Shown here piece after piece: positions 30,285 through 39,896 of a stretch of DNA of 64,000 nucleotides. Every line of letters begins with the position of its first letter. Position 1 is the stretch's first letter. The notes below the pieces were generated by a model. It was not told where the DNA came from. It worked only from the letters and a program-made list of their open reading frames with translations, and ran no database searches. Position numbers and translations under genes: made by a program. Source of the DNA: an uncultured Gemmatimonadales bacterium (GTDB taxonomy: Bacteria > Gemmatimonadota > Gemmatimonadetes > Longimicrobiales > Gaopeijiaceae); assembly GCA_963823035.1 (NCBI GenBank), contig CAWGKG010000010.1, positions 192,001-256,000 of the forward strand, in the 5' to 3' direction.

Positions 30285-30893
30285 GCACCGCTCTCCACCG
30301 ACGCGACGTGGTCGCGAGGCTGCTCGAGGACCGTGGGGACCTGCTCGTCGTGGCCGGGCTGGGCGCCCCCGCGTGGGACTGCGCCGCGGCGGGCGACCAC
30401 CCGCTCACCTTTCCTCTCTGGGGCGGGATGGGGCAGGCGGCCATGGTCGGTCTCGGCCTGGCGTGCGCCCGCCCGGACCGTCGCGTCCTGGTGGTCACCG
30501 GGGACGGCGAGATGCTCATGGGCCTGGGCGCGCTGGCCACCATCGCGGTGCAGGGGCCGACCCATCTGACCGCTGGTCGTGCTGGACAACGAGCGCTACG
30601 GCGAGACGGGGATGCAGCCTACGCACACGGCGCACGGCGTGGATCTCTCGGAGGTGGCGCGCGCGTGCGGGTTCCCCCACGCGCTGCGTGTAACGGACGC
30701 TCCGGGTCTCGAGGAGCTTCGTTCCCTGATGCGCGCCGCGTCCGGGCCCGTGTTCGCGGCGGTCAAGGTCGTGGCGGAGTCACCTCCGCTCGCGCTCCCG
30801 CCGCGCGACGGCGTTGCGCTCAAGCGTCGGTTCAGGGAGGCCATGGACGGGCTCGGGCTCTCCGAGGGGAAGGCGCGGAACTGGGTACAGTGA
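30281..30893 (+). CDS. TPP-binding decarboxylase beta subunit (ComE-like), frameshift near 30570
   Basis: WGGMG..GLGLA..GDGEMLMG / LDNERYGETGMQ; ATGA overlap. Confidence 0.85.
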
Positions 30894-30903
30894 CGGCGGC
30901 CTT

Positions 30904-31536
30904 CTAGCCTCCGTCCTCCGCTCCCTCCTGGACCTTCGCCAGCGCCGCCGTCACCTGCCCGTTGGTCGGGCGGATCTTGTAGTTGATCTCGATGAACTTC
31001 CACCTCACCACGCCGTCACGATCGATGACGAAGGTGGTGGGGTGGGGGATCGGCCGTGCGCGTGGGTCCTGCTGATTGAGCAGGCCGTAGCGGTCGATCA
31101 CCGAGTGCTCGGGGTCCGACAGGAGGGTGAAGTCGAGCGTGCGGCCGTCCGACTCCGCCACACGGTCGATCATCATCTTCTGGTGCTCCCGGTCGTCGAT
31201 CGAGAGCGCCAGGATCGCGGTACGGGCCTTCTGCTCCGGCGTCAGGAGGTCTCTCAGCTCACCGAGCTGACGGGCGCACCAGGGTCACCAGTAGCCGCGG
31301 TAGAAGACGAGGATGACCTCCTTCTTCCCGCGGTACTCCGAGAGGGTGACGACGCCGTCGTCGTAGGAGGCCAGCGCGAAGTCCGGGGCGACGTCCCCGA
31401 CGGCCACGCGCCCGGTGTCCGCGGCCGCGAGGTCGTGTCCGTCGACCGGCCCCAGCGTGCGGCCGTCCCGACCGCAGGCGACGGCCAGAACGGCGGACGC
31501 GACGAGGCCGAAGGTGCGTAGGGAGGGTCGGAGCAT
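30904..31536 (-). CDS. Peroxiredoxin-like (AhpC/TSA) lipoprotein, probable selenoprotein with UxxC motif (in-frame TGA at 31285-31287)
   Basis: 633 nt in a single frame: LAVAC lipobox, VGDVAPDFAL, VILVFYRGYW-TGA-PWCARQLGEL, LLSDPEH, PTTFVIDRDGVVRW, YKIRP; SECIS-like hairpin downstream of the TGA. Confidence 0.9.
31254..31270 (-). promoter_or_regulatory. Candidate bacterial SECIS element
   Basis: mRNA UCAGCUC-GGU-GAGCUGA, perfect 7-bp stem; the loop starts 22 nt after the UGA. Confidence 0.75.
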
Positions 31537-31651
31537 ACGGGCGTACCGGTTCGGGTCGGCGTCTCGAGGTCGCGGCGAGGATCGTGCGTCACGTCCTCAA
31601 TCCGCGCAAGCGCGGACCGGTTCCCGCCTCCGGGGCCTCCTCGCGCCTCCC

Positions 31652-33554
31652 CTACGACGCGGGTCGCCTCACGATCGGGAGGCGGATCTGCGAGGGATGC
31701 TGCCGTGAGTGGTGGATCACGTTGTGCGCCACCACTCCCTCCGTCTCGTCCCAGATGTTCCCGCCGGTGTTCAGGTTGCGGGTGAAGCGCGGGAAGTTGG
31801 AGCTCGACACCTCGACGCGGATGCGGTGCCCCGGCGCGAACCAGTTGCTGGTCGACAGCGGGCTCAGCTCGATCTCGTAGACCTCGTCCGGCTCCATGAA
31901 GACCTGGTGGTCGTACCCCTCCCGGTAGCGCGCCCGTTGGATGGTCTCGTCGAGGTTGTAGGCCGTCCCGTCCGGGTAGACGTCGATGAGCTTCACCGTG
32001 AAGTCGGTGTCGCGCACGTCCGACGAGACGTTCAGCGTGATGCCGATCGTGCCGGTCACCTCGACGCCTTCGGTGAGCGGCTCCGACGTGTAGACGAGGA
32101 TGTCCTGCCGCTCCTCGCTCTGGCGCTGGTCGAGGGCGCCTCCCTGCACGGCGTTGCCCGTGCAGCACACGTTACCGCCGTGCGACATCACCGGGTCGAA
32201 CGGGTCGTAGGCGAAGCTGATCCGGGTGGTCGGCGCCCGGCCGCTTGGTGGTCAGCACGCCGTCACCGTTGAGCGTGTTCGCCCGGCCGCCACTGTCGAG
32301 GTACCAGGTGACCGGTACGGCGCTCTTCGGGGGCCAGGCGTCGGCGGTCTTCCACTCGTTCGAGCCCATCGTGTAGTAACGCACGCGCGGCAGGGTATCG
32401 AGCAGTCCGTTCTGCTCACCCTTGAGGAAGTGGTCGAACCAGCCGTACACCAGAGCGTCGTAGTCCCAGCGCGCGTCGCCGACGCTGCGCTCGCCGACGA
32501 TGGTGTTCTCCGTGGCCCGCGTGTAGGAGCAGTGCAGCGTGGGCGCGATGATCGCGTACTGGTTGGCGCGCGCCTCGGCGGTCTCGGCGTCGGCGAGCAC
32601 GTGGTTGAAGAGCGCGAGGTTCGGACCCGTGGACACGTCGTACCACGACATGAACCACAGCGCCGGCTTGTTGAACGGCATGTCGTCGTGGTACAAGCCG
32701 CCTTCGTACCAGGCCGGGTCGTCCGGGGTGCGCTTGATCATCTTCTCGAACGGGCCGTCGTTCCCCTCCACGCTCGAGAGCAGGTCGACGAGGGGGAGGT
32801 GCTTCAGCTGCTCCGCCCAGTCCACGCCCGGCATCTCGGGCGCGAGGTCGAAGTAGCGCGAGACGCGCGCGCGCTGTTCCTGGGTGAGGTCGGCGGGGAA
32901 CATCGGTCGGATCCCGTCCTGGACGCCGTACAGCCAGGCGAAGAAGAGCATCTGCTCGGCGCCGCCCCGGTACCAGTTGCCCTGCTCGTACCACTTGCCG
33001 ATGCGGCCCACGCCCGCGCCGAAGCCCTCGGCCACCAGCGTCGTGTGCGCCGGGTGGTCGAGCGACGCCACGCCCATCTGCCACTCCGCGGTCGAGGAGC
33101 AGCCGAGCGTGCCCACCTTCCCGCTCGACCACGGCTGCTCGGCCATCCACGTGAAGGCGTCCGCGCCGTCGGTGAGCGGCGGGCCCAGGATGTCCCACTC
33201 CCCCTCGGAGAAGAAGCGGCCACGCTCGTTCATGACCACGTAGGCGTAGCCGCGCCGGACCGCCTCCCACGCCGACTGGTACGTCCGGGGGCTGAACTCC
33301 CCGTCGCGCCAGGAATTGAAGTTGTAGGGGGTGCGGGAGAAGATGATCGGCACCGGCGCGTTCGTCTTCGGACGGTACACGTCCGCGGCCAGGCGGACGC
33401 CGTCGCGCATCGGCACCATCACCTTCTGCTCGATGATCGCGTTGGCCTCGAGCTGCGCGCGCACGTCCTCGCCGCCGGTCTGCGCGGCGAGGGGTGGCGC
33501 GAGTGGGGCGGCGGTGGCGAAGGCGAGGAGGAGGTATGCGGCGGAGCGTTTCAT
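31652..33554 (-). CDS. CocE/NonD family (S15-like) serine hydrolase, secreted, frameshift near 32215
   Basis: [30 protein letters not shown] nucleophile, SWYD; C-terminal [24 protein letters not shown]. Confidence 0.9.
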
Positions 33555-33712
33555 GGCGCCCTCTCGGAAAGCGAAGCAGCGTGGAACGCGACCCGCCACC
33601 CGAGGGCGGCGGGGTGCGGCCGGGAGGGGGGCCAACGGGGAAGATGCACGCCGCATCGGCGATCCGCGAGGGCTTGGCGGACACCGGCCCGGCGGGAGGG
33701 AGCGGAGGCGCG

Positions 33713-35219
33713 CTACGCGGACGGCCCGAACAGCTCCTTCACCGCGGGCTTGGTGACCTTCCCGAGCGCGTTGCGGGGGAGCTCGGCGACCACCCGCACC
33801 TCCTTCGGCACCTTCCAGGGCGCCAGGCGCTCCCTGGCGAAGGCGCGCAGCTCCTCGGGGTCGGGCCCCTCGAGTCCGGGCGGCGCCACCACCGCCGCGC
33901 ACACGCGCTCGCCCCACGCGGGTCGGGCACGCCGACCACGGCGCAGTCCGCCACCCGGGGGTGCGTGCGCAGCACGTCCTCGATCTCGAGCGCCGAGACC
34001 TTCTCGCCGCCCGTCTTGAGGATGTCCACCGACTCGCGCCCGAGGATCCGGTACGCTCCGTCCTCCACCACGGCGCGGTCCCCCGTGCGGAACCAGCCGT
34101 CCTCCGTGAACGCCTCCGCCGTGGCCTCGGGACGGCGCCAGTACTCGCCGAAGACGGCCGGACCGCGCACCTGGATCTGGCCGGCCTCGCCGTCCACGAC
34201 CGGGCGCTCCTGCTCGTCCACCAGGCGGACCTCCACGCCGGGGAGCGGCGAGCCCACGTGGCCCGGGCGTCGCTCGCCGTGGAGGGGGTTGGACAGCCCC
34301 ATCCCGATCTCCGTCATCCCGTAGCGCTCGAGGAGGCGCTGTCCGGTGATCTCCTCCCACCGCTCCAGCGTCGGTACCGGGAGGGCCGCCGAGCCGGAGA
34401 CCATGAGGCGCAGTCCGGCGGGCGCCGTCGCTCCATCGTGCGCCGCGTGTCCGCGTCGGCCGCCTCCCACGCGTCGATGAGCCTCCGGTACAGCGTCGGC
34501 ACGGCCATGTAGAGCGTGAGGTCCCCGCGCCCCAGGCGTGTCCACACCTCACGGGCGTCGAAGGCCGGGAGGATCTGGCAGACCCCGCCGGACCATAGCG
34601 CGCAGGTGAGCACGTTCACGATCCCGTGCACGTGGTGCAGGGGGAGCGTGAGGAGGATGTGATCGTTCTCGACCCATCCCCACGCCTCGACGAGGGCGCG
34701 CACCTGCGCCTCGATGTTGGCGTGCGTCGCGACCACGCCCTTGGGGCGGCCGGTGGTCCCGGAGGTGTAGAGCATCATGGCCCGCCGCCCGCGCTCCGGC
34801 GAAGGGAGCGCGGCCAGGGGGCCGTCCGCGAGCAGCGCCGGGGTCTGCAGGAGCGGAAGGCGCCGCTCCGCGGCGACGCCGGCGACGCGGTCGGCCAGGT
34901 CGGGGTGCGCGACGACCACCTCGGGCTCGGCGTCGTCGAGCACGTAGGCCAACTCGGCGGGGGGATGGGACACCGCGAGCGGCACGGCCACGCCGCCGGC
35001 GCGCCAGATGCCCCACTGCGTCGCGACGTGGTCCCATCCGGGGGGCACAAGGTAGCATACGCGCGCTTCCTCGAGGTCGTCGCGGCCCGCGAGGAGGCGG
35101 GTCGCGGCCGCCGCGGACGTCTTCAGGAGATCGTGGTACGTGAACACGCCCTCCGGCGCGACGACGGCGAGCCTGTCGCCATGTTCGCCTGCACGCTCGA
35201 ACAGCCGGATCGTCGCCAC
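33713..35219 (-). CDS. Acyl-CoA synthetase, malonyl-CoA synthetase (MatB/ACSF3)-like, frameshifted
   Basis: [57 protein letters not shown]. Indels near 34425 and 33920. Confidence 0.82.
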
Positions 35220-35304
35220 GGTGAAGCCTCCCGTCAGCCTCGAGCGGTTCAGGATCTCGATGCCGTCGCATCGAGATCGACCCGGGGGGGAATGTAGCAG
35301 ACCG

Positions 35305-35330
35305 GGAACCTTGCGGCGGCGCCATGCGTA
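35305..35330 (+). promoter_or_regulatory. Candidate ECF-sigma promoter
   Basis: GGAAC-N17-CGTA about 120 nt upstream of the gene at 35449. Confidence 0.35.
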
Positions 35331-35448
35331 CGAGAGTCTTCGTAGGGCGCAACCGTATCACGCTCCCGCGCGTCCTACTCTCGAAAACGCGCCGCCGACC
35401 CGCTTCCCCGCCGCGGTGTGATCGCCAACCGATGGGTGGAGGTGGGGC

Positions 35449-36750
35449 ATGCGGCTCGGACGGGTGTTGGGATGGTGGGTCCTGGTGATGGCGCTGGCGG
35501 GTCCGGTCGCCGCTCAGGAGCAGGGTGGCGCCGACGCCTTGAACCTGTTCTTCGACTGCCAGGGGTTCGGGTGCTGGGACATGGACTACTTCCGGCGCGA
35601 GATCCCCTGGGTGAACTGGGTCCGCGACCGCGAGGACGCCGCCGTGCACGTCCTGGTCACCACCCAGACCACGGGGGGCGGGGGACGGCATTACGTGCTG
35701 GCCTTCCTGGGGCGGAGCGCGTTCCAGGGCCAGGACCAGGAAATCGTGGTGAACACCCCCGGCGACGCCACCGAGGACGAGGTGCGCCGGGCCCTCGTGG
35801 CCCGCCTGCGCCTGGGACTGGGGCGGTACGTGGCTGCGACTCCCCTGGCCGACCGGCTCCAGGTCGTGGGCACGCCGCCCGGCCCCGGGGGTCCTCCCGG
35901 CCCGCAGCCGGGGGGCGCCCCCCAGGACGACCCCTGGAACTACTGGGTGTTCAACGTCCGCCTGAGCTCGAACCTCCAGGGCGAATCGTCGTACTCCACG
36001 TCGTCGGTCAACACCTCGGTGAGCGCCAACCGCACCACCGACGCCTGGAAGGTCGCCCTGACCGGACGCTACTACCGCTACACCCAGACCTTCGACCTGG
36101 AAGACGGGACCGACAAGTACAGCCGGGAGCAATGGAGCACCGACGGACTGGTGGTGAAGAGCGTCACCGACCGGTTCTCGGTGGGGATGAAGACGGGCGT
36201 CGGAAAGAACAGCTACCTCAATGAGGACTTCCGCTGGAACGTGTCACCCGGTGTGGAGCTGAACCTGTTTCCCTACTCGGAGTCGAGCCGACGCTCCCTC
36301 ACCGTCCAGGGGCTCGTGAACGTCCGCCACTGGGACTACGCTGAGCCCACGATCTTCCTCCAGAACGCGGAGACCCGGGTGGCGGCTTCCCTCACGTCGT
36401 CCCTCAACCTGGTGCAGCCGTGGGGCAACGTGACCTTCACCGCGGACCATTCCCGGTACCTCCACGACTTCTCCAAGTGGGAGGCCAGCCTGGAAGCCTA
36501 CTTCAACGTGCGCGTGTTCAAGGGCTTCTCGGTGAACCTGTTCGGGAACTACGGGTGGATCCGGGACCAGCTCTACCTGCCGGGGGGGGACTACACCGAG
36601 GCGGAGATCCTCCTTCGCCAGCGCGCGCTGGCCACCTCGTTCAGCTACTGGACGTCGTTCGGCATCTCGTACCGGTTCGGGTCGATCTTCAACAACGTGG
36701 TGAACCCACGGTTCGGGGGTGGCGGCAGCAGCGTGATGATCATCGGCTGA
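35449..36750 (+). CDS. Secreted / outer-membrane beta-barrel hypothetical protein
   Basis: Signal peptide; FFDCQGFGC; DDPWNYWVF; alternating aromatic beta-strands; YRFGSIFNNVVNPRF near the C-terminus. Confidence 0.75.
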   Translation: MRLGRVLGWWVLVMALAGPVAAQEQGGADALNLFFDCQGFGCWDMDYFRREIPWVNWVRDREDAAVHVLVTTQTTGGGGRHYVLAFLGRSAFQGQDQEIVVNTPGDATEDEVRRALVARLRLGLGRYVAATPLADRLQVVGTPPGPGGPPGPQPGGAPQDDPWNYWVFNVRLSSNLQGESSYSTSSVNTSVSANRTTDAWKVALTGRYYRYTQTFDLEDGTDKYSREQWSTDGLVVKSVTDRFSVGMKTGVGKNSYLNEDFRWNVSPGVELNLFPYSESSRRSLTVQGLVNVRHWDYAEPTIFLQNAETRVAASLTSSLNLVQPWGNVTFTADHSRYLHDFSKWEASLEAYFNVRVFKGFSVNLFGNYGWIRDQLYLPGGDYTEAEILLRQRALATSFSYWTSFGISYRFGSIFNNVVNPRFGGGGSSVMIIG

Positions 36751-36789
36751 CGCCGGAGGATACGACCGAGGTCTTCGCCAAGCCCTGCC

Positions 36790-38677
36790 CTGGGGGTCTC
36801 CACCGCTCCTCTCGGCGCCACGCTGGTCCCCGGTGGAGCCGTGTTCCGCCTGTGGGCGCCCCGGGCCAGGAGCGTCTCCGTCGTGGGCGACTTCAACGGC
36901 TGGGATGCCACCGAGACGCCGCTGCACCTGGTGGGCGGCTCCTGGACCGGCTTCGTGCCCGGCCTCCAGGAGGGCGCGCAGTTCCTCTACTGGGTGGACG
37001 GCGCCGCCGGCCCGGGACGCAAGCGTGATCCACACGCTCGCGAGCTCACCTTCGAGCCGCCGTTCCCGAGCTGCAACTGCGTCCTTCACGATCCCGCGAA
37101 GTTCCCGTGGCACGACACCGGCTTCCAGACGCCGCCGTTCCATGAGCTGGTCTGCTATCAGCTACACATCGGCACGTTCCGCATCGGCGCCGGGGAGAGC
37201 GGCGGGAGCTTCACGGATGTGGTGGAGCAGTTGCCGCATCTGGCCTCGCTCGGCATCAACGCGCTGCAGCTCATGCCGGTGGTCGAATTCCCGGGCACCT
37301 TCAGCCTCGGCTACAACGGCACCGATTACTTCAGCCCCGAAAACGACTATGGGGAGCCCGACGAGCCGGGCGTCCAGAACTACTTCCATGCGCTGAACGG
37401 GCTGCTGGCCGCGCGCGACCAGGCGCCCTATCCATCCGCGGATATGCTCCGCGGGGCGGCGAATCAGCTTCGCGCCATGGTCGATCTGTGCCACGTCTAC
37501 GGGCTCGCGGTGCTCCTGGACGTCGTCTACAACCATGCCGGCGGCGGCTTCGATCCGGACAGCATGTACTTCCTCGATCGCATGGAACCGGGCGACAACA
37601 ACGACAGCCTGTACTTCACCGACCAGGGATGGGCCGGCGGCCTGGTCTTCGCATACTGGAATGCCGACGTGCGCCGCTTCCTCGTCGAAGAACGCCCAGA
37701 TGTTCCTCGCGGAGTATCACGTCGACGGTTTCCGCTTCGATGAGGCGAGTGTGATGGATCGCTACGGCGGCTGGAGCACCTGCCAGCAGATCAACGCCGG
37801 CATCGGCGCGGCCGATGCGAAGGCCATTCGGATCGCGGAGTACTGGCCGCCGAATGGCGCGGTGACACGGCCTGCCTCCAAGGGCGGCGCCGGATTCGAC
37901 GCCACCTGGAACGACCGCCTGCGCGATGCCGTGCGTTCCGCGGTCGGCGCCAGCTCCGGCGGGTCGGGCGCCTCGGTCGACCTGAGCGCGGTGGCGGATG
38001 CCCTGCGGTTCCGCCCCACTCAGGACTACTGGCGCCAGGTGAACTGCGTGGAGAATCACGACATCGTGAAGTTCGACCGTGGCCCGCGCATCCCGGCGCT
38101 CGCCGATCCCTCGAACAGCCGCTCCTGGTATGCGCGCAGCCGTTCCCGCTGGGCTCTGGGCATGCTGGCGGCTGCGCCCGGCATTCCCATGCTGTTCATG
38201 GGCCAGGAGTTCCTCGAAGACAAGCGCTGGAGCGACGACCCCGACGGAGGCGGCGTTCCGGGGTGGGGCAGCCTCGAGAGCGGCGTGAGGGAGATGGCCG
38301 ATTTCCTCCGTTTCACGCGGGAGCTGCTGGCGCTGCGCCGGCGCCAGCCCGGCCTCCGCGGCGAAGGGCTGAACGTGTTCCACGTCCATGACGCCAACCG
38401 CGTGATCGCCTTCCAGCGCTGGGTCGAAGGGGAGGGAAGGGACGTGGTGGTCGTGGCCAGCCTCAACGAGTCCACCTTCTGGGGCTACGAACTCGGCTTC
38501 CCCGGCGGCGGCCGCTGGCTCGAGGTGTTCAACGGCGACGTCTACGACACATGGCCCAACCCCATCGCGGCCGGCAACGGTGGTGGGGTGACGGCTTCGG
38601 GTCCCCCCATGCATGGCTTGCCGGCATCGGCGCGGATCGTCATCCCGGCAAACTCGGTCCTGATCTTCGGCCGTTAG
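36790..38677 (+). CDS. GH13 1,4-alpha-glucan branching enzyme-like protein (CBM48 + GH13); start uncertain, frameshift near 37690
   Basis: LGAT..FRLWAPRA..VVGDFNGW, YQLHIGTF, LDVVYNH, DGFRFDE, IAEYW, VENHD, GIPMLFMGQEF. Confidence 0.85.
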
Positions 38678-38737
38678 AGGGGGCGGAAGAACCGGGTCAT
38701 CTCGTCGCGACGACTCGGGGGCCGGGGCCGCCGGCCT

Positions 38738-39513
38738 CTACCCGAAGAGCGCCCGGATCGTCACGAACACCACGGACGGCCCGAGCAGGCAGCCGAGCCC
38801 GGTGTAGAAGGTGGCCGTCATCGCGCCGTACGGCACGAGCCGCTCGTCCGTGGCGGCCAGCCCGCCCGCGACGCCGCTCGTGGTGCCCATGAGGCCGCCG
38901 TAGACCAGCGCGGAGCGCGGGTTGTCGAGGCCGATGAAGCGGGCCACGAACGGCGTGCCGGTCATGACCATCATCGACTTCACCAGCCCGGCGGCGATGC
39001 TGAGCGCCACGATGTCCGAGGGCGCGCCGATGGCCGTGCCCGTCACCGGGCCCACGATGTAGGTGGCGGCGCCCGCTCCGATCGTCGTCATGGCGACGGG
39101 GTCGCGGTAGCCGAACGCCCACGCGACCGCCGCGCCCACGGCGAAGGAGCCGAGCACGCCCACCAGGAGCGAGACCGCGGCGCCCACGCCCGCCTTGCGG
39201 ATCTCGTCCAGGCTGACGCCGAACGCGGTGGCGATGATCGCGAAGTCGCGGAGCATCGCGCCGCCCAGCACGCCGACGCCCGCCAGCACGGGGATGTCGG
39301 CCAGCCCCTGCGTGCCGCCCGTGGTCAAGTCCGCCTACCCACGCGAGCACGAGCCCGACGAGGATGGCGATCGCGGAGCCGTGGATGCGTCCCTTCGTCA
39401 GCCGGTCCGACACCAGGTAGGACAGCCACACCGTGATGCCCGACGAAGGCGAAGGCCGTGACCAGGCCGTTCGCCGCGAGGACCTTCGAGACGAGCGCCC
39501 AGGCGCCGCTCAT
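38738..39513 (-). CDS. madM: Malonate transporter subunit MadM, frameshifted
   Basis: NGLVTAFA / LTKGRIHGSAIAI / GGAMLRDFAII, GAGAATYIVGPVTG, GLMGTTSGV, LVPYGAMTATFYTGLGC. Confidence 0.9.
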
Positions 39514-39884
39514 CGCGGGCCCTCGTCCGGGGGCCGGCCGATCCGGGTCAGCACCGGCACGAGCAGGAAGCCGACGATCACCGCCAGCGCCCCCGCCAGG
39601 ATGGCCGCCGGACCGCCGCGCACGGCCGCGATCACGTTCTGCTTGGCCGCCATGGCCACCACGATCGGGATGTAGACGGCGCTCCAGAAGAGCACGCCCT
39701 GCTGCGTGAGCGGCTTCATCCCGCCGCGCCGGCGGAAGAGGTCGGAGAGCACGATGAGCAGGAGCATCGCGATGCCCACGCCGCCCACGTTCGCCTGCAC
39801 GCCGATGAGCACGCCGAGCGCCTCACCCGTGAAGAGGCCCACCAGCATGCAGGCCGCGAGCAGCGCCACCCCGTAGATGACCAC
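39510..39884 (-). CDS. madL: Malonate transporter subunit MadL
   Basis: MVIYGVALLA, ANVGGVGIAMLLL, FWSAVYIPIVVAMAA; ATGA overlap with madM. Confidence 0.92.
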   Translation of the reverse strand: MVIYGVALLAACMLVGLFTGEALGVLIGVQANVGGVGIAMLLLIVLSDLFRRRGGMKPLTQQGVLFWSAVYIPIVVAMAAKQNVIAAVRGGPAAILAGALAVIVGFLLVPVLTRIGRPPDEGPR

Positions 39885-39896
39885 GGAGCCGGCCTT

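Noticed and set aside
36748..36790. Sec read-through fusing the barrel protein to GH13
   Set aside because: No Cys-type motif context, only a 3-4 bp stem downstream, and fusion of an exported barrel to a cytoplasmic enzyme is implausible.
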